Of a DNA stretch of 64,000 bases, positions 9,518 to 19,665 are shown one piece after another. The notes under the pieces were generated by a model that saw only the letters and a program-made list of their open reading frames with translations, was not told the DNA's origin and searched no databases. The stretch comes from Candidatus Cloacimonadales bacterium (GTDB lineage: Bacteria; Cloacimonadota; Cloacimonadia; Cloacimonadales; JAFGVF01), in assembly GCA_963678315.1 (NCBI GenBank), contig OY782781.1:1376001-1440000 (forward strand), read 5' to 3'. Each line of letters begins with the position of its first letter. Position 1 is the first letter of the stretch. The position numbers and the translations under genes are program-made.

Positions 9518-9960
9518 TTTCTTAGGAAAGAGTGAAAATTGTAAGTAGAGACGAGGTTACTAGGCTAATTTTATATTACTCTTTTTTAAATCATTTAAAC
9601 CCAAAAAGAGCATCATCTGTGATAAAGAGAATAGTCCAAAAAACTAGGAGCCTAAAAAAACTTGATTGAGAGAAATATCAGCTTGCTTGCGTAAATATTA
9701 TTATGCAAATTAGAAGTAAACATGTTGTTTTATAGAAGATGAAAATTATTAGCCGATCTCAATTATTAATTCAAATCCCAAAATATACCTTAATTTTGGG
9801 ATTGTAGTCCCAAAAATATACCATAAATTTGGGATTAAAAATCCTAAAAGTTACTTTTATTGCTTGATTATCCAAGAATACCTATTAACCCGATAAAACA
9901 AAGAGCTCTGTATAAAACAAAGCTCTTAATTTATTCTTTTTATTCTTTAGGTTAGTTTAG

Positions 9961-12204
9961 TTATAAGTCTTTGGAAGGCTTCTTAAATTTTAGAGAAATG
10001 TAGAAGGCTAAGAACATTGCTACAGAAATTGAAATCCACATTATCGAGCTAGCTGGATGGATAGCAAAAGTTGTAATTTGGTAGAAGAGAGTTGCTACTA
10101 CCCAGGCTAGAATCGTTAAATAAGCTACTGCAAAGATAGTCCATTTAAGGTTTGTTTCACGGTAAATTGCACCAATAGCAGCCACACAAGGAGCGTAAAT
10201 AAGAATAAAGAGCAGATAGGCATAAGCTGCAAATTTATCGTTATTAAAGCCTTGTTGAACATAAGCAACAAGTGATGAATCTTCCTCTTCTTCATCTCCC
10301 GCATCAATCCAACCAAATCCAGCAGGGATTGCTACAAAGGAATCTTTGATTCCACCCCAAAAGTCAAATTCTTCTTCAACTTCATCTTGGTCTTTACCCC
10401 AATTCGGGTCACGTTGTTTGTAAAGAGCATCCATTGTCCCGATTACAGCTTCTTTAGCAAAGATACCAGTAAATAGACCAACAGTAGCAGGCCAGTTGTC
10501 ATCTGTAAGACCAATTGGTTTAAAGATTGGAGTTGTTTTTTTGCCAAGCCAAGTAAGAACTGATTTAGATGAATCGTTGTTGCCAAAGCTTCCGTCAGTA
10601 CCTATTGAGTTAGCGAAAGAAACTAAAATAACAATAGTAAAGATTACTTTCCCAGCCTTAATGAGGAATGATTTTAGTTTGTTCCAAGTATGAAGCATAA
10701 CACCATTGAGGGTTGGAACATGGTAAGAAGGGAGCTCCATAACGAAAGTAGCAGGTTGACCTTTCAAAATTGTTGATTTGAATAAGAAACCTGATAAGAT
10801 AGCTAATATTATACCAGATAGATAAATAGAAAATAATACTAAGCCTGCTGATTTAGAGAAGAAGGCTGTAATCAGTAGAGAATAGACAGGTAGTCTAGCT
10901 CCGCACGACATAAATGGATTCATCAGGATTGTTAGCATACGATCTCTATTGTTCTCTAGTGTACGAGTTGCCATGATAGCAGGAACTGTACAGCCGAAAC
11001 CAACTAGCATAGGTATAAAAGCCTTTCCTGGAAGTCCAATAGTTTTCATGAATCTATCCATTATAAAGGCTGCACGAGCCATATAACCAGAATCTTCAAG
11101 AATCGATAATGCTAAGAAAATGAAGAATATTGGTGGGATAAAAGTTGATAAGGTCTGTAGCCCACCACCAAAACCATCTGCAAGAATAGTAACAAGCCAA
11201 TCAGGAGAATTAAATTTTCCTAATAGATTAGTAAGTCCATCAACGAAAATTGTGCCTGTAAGTCCATCAAAGAAGTCAATAAAAGGTGCACCAACATTAA
11301 TTGTTAGATAGAAAACACCCATCATTACAGCTAAGAAAATTGGGATACCTAAGAATTTGTTAATAACTATCTTATCAATAAAGTCAGTAACAGTTTCTCT
11401 GGTAACAGTTTTAACTTTTAATACTTCTTTGACAATTCCTCTGATAAAACCATAGCGACCGTCTGCGATGACAACATCAATAGGGTCACCTGTGTGTTTT
11501 TCAACTCTATGAATTGCTTCATGAAGTTCATTTTTAATATTAAGTTCAGGAATCTCAGAGAGAAGCTCTTCTTCTTCAAACAACTTAACAGCGAGCCAAT
11601 GTGAGTTTAAACCTTTAGATTGTGAATAATTAGCTACTTTTTCATCTATAGATATAATTTCTTTGTGAAAGTAGGGGTCATAAGGGATATCAATAGTAGA
11701 GATGTGTTTCTTATTGATTGCTTTAATAATCTCTTTCTTTAGAGTATCGATTCCTTCTTTTTTGTTGGCACTTGTTGGGATTATTGGGCAATCCAAGTAT
11801 TTCTTGAGTTTGGCAACATCCAGCTCCATTTGGCGAGATGGGAGGGTATCCATCATATTGAGGGCTATAATAACAGGAACATTCATTTCAAGAAGTTGCA
11901 CTGTTAGGTATAGGTTTCTTTGTAGATTTGAAGCATCTAGAACTTGAACAACCAAGTCTGCATCTCTGCTGAGAATGTACTCACGAGATACTCTTTCATC
12001 TTCAGAAAAAGCAGAAAAAGAGTAGATACCAGGTAAATCAACAACATCAATTGAGTGTTGATTATCAGAGTATGTTCCTACTTTTTTCTCTACTGTAACT
12101 CCAGGCCAATTACCGATAGTTTGTTTTGCACCGGTAAGAGCATTAAAAACTGTTGTTTTACCACTATTAGGGTTACCTGCTAGAGCAATAGTGAAGTTTT
12201 TCAT
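9961..12204 (-). CDS. feoB: Ferrous iron transporter B
   Basis: GNPNSGKT, GNWPGVTVEKK, DLPG, NMMD G-motifs; GFGCTVPAIM gate; many TM helices. Confidence 0.97.
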   Translation of the reverse strand: MKNFTIALAGNPNSGKTTVFNALTGAKQTIGNWPGVTVEKKVGTYSDNQHSIDVVDLPGIYSFSAFSEDERVSREYILSRDADLVVQVLDASNLQRNLYLTVQLLEMNVPVIIALNMMDTLPSRQMELDVAKLKKYLDCPIIPTSANKKEGIDTLKKEIIKAINKKHISTIDIPYDPYFHKEIISIDEKVANYSQSKGLNSHWLAVKLFEEEELLSEIPELNIKNELHEAIHRVEKHTGDPIDVVIADGRYGFIRGIVKEVLKVKTVTRETVTDFIDKIVINKFLGIPIFLAVMMGVFYLTINVGAPFIDFFDGLTGTIFVDGLTNLLGKFNSPDWLVTILADGFGGGLQTLSTFIPPIFFIFLALSILEDSGYMARAAFIMDRFMKTIGLPGKAFIPMLVGFGCTVPAIMATRTLENNRDRMLTILMNPFMSCGARLPVYSLLITAFFSKSAGLVLFSIYLSGIILAILSGFLFKSTILKGQPATFVMELPSYHVPTLNGVMLHTWNKLKSFLIKAGKVIFTIVILVSFANSIGTDGSFGNNDSSKSVLTWLGKKTTPIFKPIGLTDDNWPATVGLFTGIFAKEAVIGTMDALYKQRDPNWGKDQDEVEEEFDFWGGIKDSFVAIPAGFGWIDAGDEEEEDSSLVAYVQQGFNNDKFAAYAYLLFILIYAPCVAAIGAIYRETNLKWTIFAVAYLTILAWVVATLFYQITTFAIHPASSIMWISISVAMFLAFYISLKFKKPSKDL

Positions 12205-12244
12205 GTTAGCTCCTAAACTTTATATAATTATTTTTGTGCATAAA

Positions 12245-12292
12245 GTTATGAAGTGCTAACATTGTCAAGTTTTATGTTAGTAAATTCTAACA
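12245..12292 (-). promoter_or_regulatory. Candidate metal-repressor operator pair flanking the TTGACA of the feoB promoter
   Basis: TGTTAG-N6-CTAACA (12275-12292) and GTTAG-N6-ATAAC (12245-12260, minus strand) lie either side of TTGACA. Confidence 0.55.
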
Positions 12293-12361
12293 GCATACTA
12301 GTATTCTGAATTTGATTGGTGATAAAAGATCTTGGTAAAATATTGATTTATAGTGTAATAT

Positions 12362-12607
12362 CTAATCTTGAAGTTTCTTGCTTTCTGTGAAAATTAATTT
12401 ATATAATTTTTCTATGAATTCAAAAGAAAGCTTATATTCCTTAGCAAGTTTAGTTAAATAATCTAATACTTCTTTCTCTCTAGATAAGTCTTCAGCTTGC
12501 TTTTTGAACTGTCTAGTTTGCTTTGCTAGATTAAATCTTTTTGCTAGTAGGTTAATGATTTCTTGGTCAATCTTCTCTATGTCTTTTCTAATTGTTTCTA
12601 AGTTCAA
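12362..12607 (-). CDS. Chorismate mutase (AroQ class)
   Basis: LETIRKDIEKIDQEIINLLAKR..K..D..RE motif. Likely TTG start at 12607 behind GGAG. Confidence 0.85.
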   Translation of the reverse strand: MNLETIRKDIEKIDQEIINLLAKRFNLAKQTRQFKKQAEDLSREKEVLDYLTKLAKEYKLSFEFIEKLYKLIFTESKKLQD

Positions 12608-13592
12608 AGTGTTTAATCTCCATAAGTCTTTGTAAATAAAGGTCAGCAATCACAAAATAAGACAAAGCTTCAACAATAGGTGGAACTCTAAGAGCAAAAC
12701 AAGCATCATGTCTACCTTGAATTTCAAGAGTATCCATTTGATTAGTAGCAAAATTAAATGTACTTTGAGCTAATGAAATACTGGCTGTTGCTTTGATTCC
12801 TATGGTAAATATGATAGGATTTCCGTTAGTTAAACCTCCTACAATACCTGAAGAATTGTTACTTGCAGTCTTTCCAGTAGAGTCAATAATAGGGTCATTA
12901 AAGTCAGAGCCTTTAGCTGTGCTTGGATCTATTGCATTTGAAAATGATAAGCCTTTAACTCCTGGAATTGAGAATAGGGCATGGGCTAAGAGAGATTCAA
13001 CCGAATCAAAAAAAGGAGAGCCGAGCCCGATAGGAAGATTATCTATTTTGCAAACAAGCTTTGCTCCCAGAGAATCACCTCTTTCAATAGCTTGCTCAAG
13101 TATTTTAGAGTAATCTTTTTTACCACCAATAGATTCTATATGGCATTGAGCTGAAACATCTGTTAAGACAAGCTTTGCAAGATAACCTGCTAGAATTAGT
13201 CCCAAGGTTAATCTCCCGGAAAAATGTCCACCACCTTTAAGGTCATTAAAGGTAAAGTATTTTCTATCAGCTACAAAATCAGAGTGGTTTGGTCTAGGAA
13301 TATCTCTAAATAAAGTATAATCTTTAGAGTGTGTGTTCGTATTGGTAAAAGATACAAGGATAGGTGCACCTGTAGTAATATCATGTTTAACACCTGACTT
13401 GAATTGAGGAATGTCTGCTTCTAAGCGATTTGTAGTTCCTCTTTTACCAGCTTTTCTTCTAGCAATAAAAGATTCTAGTTCATTTCTATCAATCTGTAAC
13501 CCAGGAGGAAATCCATCCAAAAGGACTCCTACTTCAGGTCCATGCGATTCTCCAAATATTTCTATCTTCAGTAGTTTTCCGAAACTATTCAT
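12588..13592 (-). CDS. aroC: Chorismate synthase
   Basis: FGESHG, RPNHSD, GGGHFSGRLT, GRHDAC. Confidence 0.95.
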   Translation of the reverse strand: MNSFGKLLKIEIFGESHGPEVGVLLDGFPPGLQIDRNELESFIARRKAGKRGTTNRLEADIPQFKSGVKHDITTGAPILVSFTNTNTHSKDYTLFRDIPRPNHSDFVADRKYFTFNDLKGGGHFSGRLTLGLILAGYLAKLVLTDVSAQCHIESIGGKKDYSKILEQAIERGDSLGAKLVCKIDNLPIGLGSPFFDSVESLLAHALFSIPGVKGLSFSNAIDPSTAKGSDFNDPIIDSTGKTASNNSSGIVGGLTNGNPIIFTIGIKATASISLAQSTFNFATNQMDTLEIQGRHDACFALRVPPIVEALSYFVIADLYLQRLMEIKHFELRNN

Positions 13593-14817
13593 TAGCTAGT
13601 CCTAACCTATTATAAATGTCTATAAATTCTGGGAATGATTTATTTATACATTGATAGTTATTAATGTCAATCTTATTCTTGGAAATTGAATTAAGTACTA
13701 GGGCAGACATTGCTATTCTATGGTCATTGAATGTCTCTACTAATCCACCTTCAATGATAGTGGGATAGATAGTTAAAGTATTATCATCATCAGATAGGCA
13801 ATAAGATACATTTAATGTCTTGAACATCTCGATAATGCTCTTTAATCTGTTAGATTCCTTAGAGAAAAGTCTTTTACATCCTGTTAAAACAGATTGATTT
13901 TTACAGGAGATAGCTAAGGCTGATAGAATAGGGGCAAGGTCAGGATTATGGGTTAAATCAAAGTTGATATTATTAAGTTTGCTTGAAGAGACATGTATAG
14001 AGTTTGCCTTAAGCTCAATGTTTCCACCAGCTTCTTTCAATATATCAACAATTACTCTATCTGGAGCTGCTTTATTATCCTGAATATTGTTTATTTCAAT
14101 ATCGCCATTAAGTAAACCCAAAGCAATAATATAGCTCATTGATGACCAGTCTGATTCTGGAGTAAGTTCAAAAACTTTGTATTCTTGATTTCCAGGAATT
14201 GTTATCTTCATTTCATGCTCATCAAAAACATACTTAATCTTTGCTTTGTGTAAGTAATCCAGACTTAGTAAAAGATATGGCTTACTGACTAAATTATGAA
14301 TATTAATTGTCCTAGTTTGATTTAGATTAGCTAGAAGAAAGAGAAGACCTGACAGTAGTTGGGAAGACTGAGAAGCATCAATATCTAAAATATCTGGAAG
14401 TTGTTTGCTTTTTATTGTTGTTGGTAAATAATCACTAGAAGAAGAATAGCCAAGTGCATGACAGAAAGGTGTTATATCAAGATTTCTGGATAGAAGTGTC
14501 TTTTCACCGCTTATGGTATACTCATTACTATATAAACTTGCTAATGATACCATTATTCTTGCTAAAAAGCCTGATTCTCCACAGTATAATTCTTTGCACT
14601 TATTTGGAGTGAAGGAAATAACTCTTAGAGTGTTTTTGCTAAGATCAATCTTGTAGCCTATGCTTGTAAAAAGTGTGATAGCTGAGAGAACATCATCACA
14701 CAGTGAAACATTATTTATTGTAACAGGCTTATTATTGCTGAGAATAGCGCAGATGATGGCTCTTAAGGAAGAACTTTTAGAGGCTGGAGCATCTATTCTT
14801 CCAACAAAGCTAATCAT
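13585..14817 (-). CDS. aroA: EPSP synthase
   Basis: PASKS, CGESG, SSQLLSGLL, KESNRL, DHRIAM, KSFPEF. Confidence 0.93.
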   Translation of the reverse strand: MISFVGRIDAPASKSSSLRAIICAILSNNKPVTINNVSLCDDVLSAITLFTSIGYKIDLSKNTLRVISFTPNKCKELYCGESGFLARIMVSLASLYSNEYTISGEKTLLSRNLDITPFCHALGYSSSSDYLPTTIKSKQLPDILDIDASQSSQLLSGLLFLLANLNQTRTINIHNLVSKPYLLLSLDYLHKAKIKYVFDEHEMKITIPGNQEYKVFELTPESDWSSMSYIIALGLLNGDIEINNIQDNKAAPDRVIVDILKEAGGNIELKANSIHVSSSKLNNINFDLTHNPDLAPILSALAISCKNQSVLTGCKRLFSKESNRLKSIIEMFKTLNVSYCLSDDDNTLTIYPTIIEGGLVETFNDHRIAMSALVLNSISKNKIDINNYQCINKSFPEFIDIYNRLGLANE

Positions 14818-15817
14818 TGGATAAAATCTCTTTCAAATCGCTAAATAAGATTTCTTTAATGCAAGGCTTTCCAATATCTTCTAATAGAATAAAGCTGAGA
14901 GTGTCAGCTTGAACTTTCTTGTCATTAATAATAGAGTTATAGATAACTTGCCAAGGAAGTTGCTTGTCTTTTAAAGAATTAAACTTGTTTAGGATTAGGG
15001 ATATACTATTATATGTTTCTTTAGATAATATCTCAAGTTTAAGGGATATATCAAGAGCATATTGCATTCCCCAAAGAACAGCAAGTCCATGACTACATTT
15101 CAAGTGCATCTCAATAGTATGGCCTAAGGTGTGTCCAAAGTTGAGGATTCTTCTTTGTCCATTATCACAAACATCATTCTTAACAAAGTTATATTTGATA
15201 TAATGAGATTCTTTGATGAGAGCAGAGAGTTCTCTAATGTCTTCTAGAAGAGTCTTGGAAGAGAAATAATCAGCAACTTTATAGAAATATTCTTGCGAGT
15301 AGATAAGTCCATGTTTTAGCATTTCAGCAATACCATTGACGACTTGATCATGGGGGAGACTTGCTAAGAAGTTAAGGTCATAATTAACTTGTATAGGTTG
15401 TTTGAAAGTCCCAAATTGGTTTTTAAAACACTGGGAGTTGACTCCATTCTTGCCTCCAAGTGAGGCATCTACCATGCAGAGAAGACTTGTAGGGAAAAAG
15501 GCGACATCTATTCCTCGTTTGTAGAGTGAAGCAACTAAGCCTGCTACATCAGTTACCAGACCGCCACCAATGGCAATCAAAAGGCACTTCTTTGATAGAT
15601 TCTTCCTTAACATATATTCTAGAATATTTTCTACAGAGAACATAGTTTTATATTCTTCTCCTGGAGCTAAGGCAAGATATTCAAAGTGCTTGAAGATTTG
15701 CTCAAAGTAGAGCTTTTCAAGGTTTGTATCAGTTAATAAAAAGATTTCTCTATCAGCAAGCTTAGAGATTAAAGTAAAAGTATCTTGAAAACTTGTAAAT
15801 TCAGTAGGATTTAGCAT
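14810..15817 (-). CDS. aroB: 3-dehydroquinate synthase
   Basis: GGGLVTD, PTSLLCMVDASLGGKNGVN, LNFGHTLGH. Confidence 0.95.
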   Translation of the reverse strand: MLNPTEFTSFQDTFTLISKLADREIFLLTDTNLEKLYFEQIFKHFEYLALAPGEEYKTMFSVENILEYMLRKNLSKKCLLIAIGGGLVTDVAGLVASLYKRGIDVAFFPTSLLCMVDASLGGKNGVNSQCFKNQFGTFKQPIQVNYDLNFLASLPHDQVVNGIAEMLKHGLIYSQEYFYKVADYFSSKTLLEDIRELSALIKESHYIKYNFVKNDVCDNGQRRILNFGHTLGHTIEMHLKCSHGLAVLWGMQYALDISLKLEILSKETYNSISLILNKFNSLKDKQLPWQVIYNSIINDKKVQADTLSFILLEDIGKPCIKEILFSDLKEILSND

Positions 15818-15822
15818 TGTTC

Positions 15823-16620
15823 TTACTTCTTAAAAAAGTCTATGATTGCTTTTAATTCAGACATCAAACTTTGAAACTCATTGAAATCAAGCTGTTGCTT
15901 AGGGTCGCTCAATGCTTCAACTGGATGAGGATGTACTTCAAGCATTAGGCCATCAGCTCCAGCAGCTATACTTGCCTTGCACATAGCAGGGATAAGCTCT
16001 TTACGTCCGGTAGCATGAGTAGGATCAACAATAACAGGTAGGCCAGTCAGCTCTTTCATGATTGGGACTGCGCTCAGGTCGAGAGTATTTCTTGTATAGG
16101 TCTCGAAAGTACGGATTCCACGTTCGCATAAAATAATCTTTTCATTACCTTCTTTGAATATATACTCAGCACTATGAACCCATTCTTCTATGGTTGCTTG
16201 AAAACCTCTTTTAAGAATAACAGGCTTATCTAACTGTCCTACTTCTTTTAATAATGGGAAGTTATGCATACTTCTTGAACCTATCTGAATTACATCAATG
16301 AAGTCTATGTTTGCTTCAATTAATCTGGGGTCTAGAATCTCAGTTACTACAGGAATATTAAACTTTTTCCTAACCTGATGAAGAATTTCAATTGCTTGAC
16401 CTTGCAGACCTTGAAAAGAGTAGGGTGAGGTTCTAGGTTTAAAGGAACCTCCTCGAAACAAACTTGCTCCCATACTTTTGATAGCAGCACAAGTCTCTTC
16501 AGCCATTGTTAAATTCTCTATACTACACGGTCCTGCGATAACAATGAAGTCTTTACCAACTTCATGATTCCCAATTCTAAATCCTGTTTTCCTGTTTTTT
16601 AAAACTTGAACTTTATCCAT
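15823..16620 (-). CDS. aroF: DAHP synthase class I-beta, no regulatory domain
   Basis: IAGPCSIE, KPRTSPYSFQG, LCERGIRTFE, DPTH. Confidence 0.95.
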   Translation of the reverse strand: MDKVQVLKNRKTGFRIGNHEVGKDFIVIAGPCSIENLTMAEETCAAIKSMGASLFRGGSFKPRTSPYSFQGLQGQAIEILHQVRKKFNIPVVTEILDPRLIEANIDFIDVIQIGSRSMHNFPLLKEVGQLDKPVILKRGFQATIEEWVHSAEYIFKEGNEKIILCERGIRTFETYTRNTLDLSAVPIMKELTGLPVIVDPTHATGRKELIPAMCKASIAAGADGLMLEVHPHPVEALSDPKQQLDFNEFQSLMSELKAIIDFFKK

Positions 16621-17974
16621 TATTAATACTTCTTATAAATATATTTAACTGTGTTTTTGCTTGATATTTCCAAAAAGTCCTTCCAGAAATATACTTGCTA
16701 TTATCGACATACGATTCTAAGGCTACTTCCTGTTTTGAATACGGTAAGTCAATTACATATTTGAAGTTATGGAGACCAGTAACTTCACAAAAATCTTCAC
16801 CGTTCATTCCTAAGGGAGAACAATTAATCAGTAAATCAAAATATCTGTGCTTGATATTTTGGTCAATGATTTCTATAGAAGGGAAGTCTTCAGAAAGAGG
16901 AATTAGTTTTTTAACATTTCTAGATGTTATGGAAATTTGCCATTGAGAAAACACTTGAATAGCTAGTTTAGCCATGTTGCCTGAGCCATAAATTAATACA
17001 CTCTTGATAGAACTTTGGGATAGTGTCTCTTTAATTTTTATGAATGCTTCCAGATCAGTATTATAGAACTTTCTTGCTTGATAATCCATTAAATTAGCTA
17101 TTTTATGCTCATTATATAGACTTGGAAGAAAGCTTTTGTGAGGCATTGTTATAGAAAAACCGTAACACTTTTGCTTGAGTATTGGATGATTCTCAATAAA
17201 AGAAAAGAAGTTAGCTATATCATTCTTTTCTAATGGAATAGGTAAATAAACAGCTTCAATATTATGTTCTTTAAAGTAGTGATTATAGAAGTTTAAGCCT
17301 ATTGAATTGAAAACTTGCTTTTCTCCAATAATTCCTCCCCATTTCCAGTCAGAAGTAATTTCATTAAGTTGATATTGCTCAACATCTGAACTTGTAATCT
17401 GACCCTCAACAGTTTCCATGCCATCTTGTACCACATAAGTTGAGTGACAAGTCAAGTGCTTGAATAATATTCTTAGGAACTTACTATATTTACCCATAAT
17501 TATAAACATTAGTTTAGGATTAATAGACTTATTAAAATCAAAGAATTCTTTTATTTCTAAGAAAGAGTTTAATTGTTGAGCAAGCTTTAGATAGTTGGCC
17601 TGATGTATATAGCTATTTATTAGCTTCTTTTTGATATAAAAATCTGAATATCGGAAGTAGTTGTGAAATGAGAGAATCAACCTATTAGGGAAGATATCTA
17701 GTTGCTGAGGAGATCTTAATTCATGAATCTCAATATCATACCAAACATAATCATATTCAAAGTATTCTGAGAACTTATTGATTTTATCATTAATGGATCT
17801 AGTGGATTCACCACCTTCATCAACACACCTTTCAGTCAAAATCACCTTATATCTGCTTAGGGTAGGAACTGCTTCATACAAAGATTCATCTAAGTCTGTT
17901 CTAAGTTCTACCCAATGGGCCCAAATAGGTATTTTATATAGCTGTTCATATTCAGAAATAGAATAGATTAACAT
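16613..17974 (-). CDS. Fused type I 3-dehydroquinate dehydratase / shikimate dehydrogenase (AroD-AroE)
   Basis: N-terminal VELRTD, ILSFH, KLA, MGK; C-terminal GFSITMPHK, NTD, GSGNMA, INCSPLGM; first gene of the aro operon. Confidence 0.82.
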   Translation of the reverse strand: MLIYSISEYEQLYKIPIWAHWVELRTDLDESLYEAVPTLSRYKVILTERCVDEGGESTRSINDKINKFSEYFEYDYVWYDIEIHELRSPQQLDIFPNRLILSFHNYFRYSDFYIKKKLINSYIHQANYLKLAQQLNSFLEIKEFFDFNKSINPKLMFIIMGKYSKFLRILFKHLTCHSTYVVQDGMETVEGQITSSDVEQYQLNEITSDWKWGGIIGEKQVFNSIGLNFYNHYFKEHNIEAVYLPIPLEKNDIANFFSFIENHPILKQKCYGFSITMPHKSFLPSLYNEHKIANLMDYQARKFYNTDLEAFIKIKETLSQSSIKSVLIYGSGNMAKLAIQVFSQWQISITSRNVKKLIPLSEDFPSIEIIDQNIKHRYFDLLINCSPLGMNGEDFCEVTGLHNFKYVIDLPYSKQEVALESYVDNSKYISGRTFWKYQAKTQLNIFIRSINNG

Positions 17975-18174
17975 TGTTCCACCTTTTTTTTATTCCATTA
18001 ATAAATTATAATATATACATTTAGCGTCAAGCATGAATTTATCAATCTTTTAATACTTGACATAAGTAAAGTATTTTACTGATTTTAGTAAACTAAATGC
18101 TTATAATAAAAATAAGTGAAAAATAGTTTGACAAGAGTTATATCATATACATATTTAATACATAAATAGAAGGT

Positions 18175-19665
18175 TTGGTTTGTATGAAAAACATTAAGCA
18201 GTATTTATTGGAGATTGAAGAGGCTGAGAATAGTCAACAGAGAATTGCAAAGAAGATTGATCGACTTAATAATCAATTGGTCGAACAAATACTCAGAAAT
18301 AGCAATATCTCTTACAATTCTGCAATAACAAACTTCATTAAGAGAGCTACTAAAGTCCAAAAAGTAGGTTATTGGATTCATGATACTAGGAAAAAACTTT
18401 TCATGGGAACCAAGAATTGCTATGCTTTTTTTGAAGCTGACGAAAGTAAACAGTATTTATCTGAAGAAGAATTCTTTGGCTTGATTCATAAAGATGATGT
18501 GGATGAAATATATAGATCTTATACTGAAGCTTTGGAAAAAGGAATTGAAAGTGGCTCATCATATAGAATTAAAACCTTCAAAGCACAAATTAAATATGTA
18601 CTATCACATTTTACTCCTAAATATGATTCCAAAGGCAACTTGTATCAAGTTAACGGTGTGTTATTTGAGCTTCTTGATGATAGTGAAAACTATATATTCT
18701 CTCAATTCTTCTCTGATAAATCAATAAACAATAATATTGGTGTTGGTTTTTGGGAGTTTAATCCAGATAAAGAATTAGAAGTTTGGTCAAAGGGTTTGCT
18801 TAATATTATTGGTGCTGAGAATGATGTTACCGAGCCTGTCAATGATAGAGTATTTGATTATATATATAGAGAAGATAAGGAATTTGTTAGCAATCTAATA
18901 AAGAAGAATAATGATTCATGTAAAGATTACCAACTAACTTTTAGAATCAATACACTGGATAGTAAGATTAAGACAGTTTTTTCTCAGGTAAAGAATATCT
19001 TAGATTCTGAAGGCAATTTGATTAAAAGAATAGGTACAGTTTTTGATATCTCAGAAATCTATAAATACGATAACCGAAACAATATTAATAAAGCAAAGTA
19101 CTATAATATCTTGAATAGCATTGATGCATATTTCTTATTAGGTTCTTATGATGGTGATATTCATCTTGATTATGTCTCTCCACAACTACAAGAATCTCAA
19201 TTAATAAATACTGATCATGACGATACAACTTTGGATAAGTTATTTAGCAAAGTAGATGTCACTGAGAAGTTTGACTTAGTACAGATAAACCGTGAGACTT
19301 TCGATAATAAGAAAGATAAGAATATTCAGATTACTTTTGAGAATAATGGTAAACATATTGAAGCTGTTGAGTTTGTTAGAATATTAAATAGTGATGAAAC
19401 AGACAAGAATAAATCAGTTAAATTTATTATGCAGTTTATTGTTATAAGGGGTGTTAATAAGGATATTGATTTAGTAAAGGCACCATTTTGCGAAGACTTC
19501 CAGTGTGTTTTAGATGAGTTGAAGTTAGAAATCAACAAGATGGATGAACTTTCTAATCTATTGCAGAGCTTTGAAAGTATATCTTCTGCAGAAAAACAGC
19601 TTACTTCAGATATAATAGAAAGCACTAAAGAAGTTAAACTCTTAATGGAAAAGTTAAACTCTTAA
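18175..19665 (+). CDS. Multi-PAS protein with a degenerate C-terminal DHp-like helix pair
   Basis: Two PAS_3/PAC repeats (VGYW..IHKDD..YRI; VGFWE..IYRED..FRI). No catalytic output domain. Start probably ATG 18184. Confidence 0.8.
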   Translation: MVCMKNIKQYLLEIEEAENSQQRIAKKIDRLNNQLVEQILRNSNISYNSAITNFIKRATKVQKVGYWIHDTRKKLFMGTKNCYAFFEADESKQYLSEEEFFGLIHKDDVDEIYRSYTEALEKGIESGSSYRIKTFKAQIKYVLSHFTPKYDSKGNLYQVNGVLFELLDDSENYIFSQFFSDKSINNNIGVGFWEFNPDKELEVWSKGLLNIIGAENDVTEPVNDRVFDYIYREDKEFVSNLIKKNNDSCKDYQLTFRINTLDSKIKTVFSQVKNILDSEGNLIKRIGTVFDISEIYKYDNRNNINKAKYYNILNSIDAYFLLGSYDGDIHLDYVSPQLQESQLINTDHDDTTLDKLFSKVDVTEKFDLVQINRETFDNKKDKNIQITFENNGKHIEAVEFVRILNSDETDKNKSVKFIMQFIVIRGVNKDIDLVKAPFCEDFQCVLDELKLEINKMDELSNLLQSFESISSAEKQLTSDIIESTKEVKLLMEKLNS

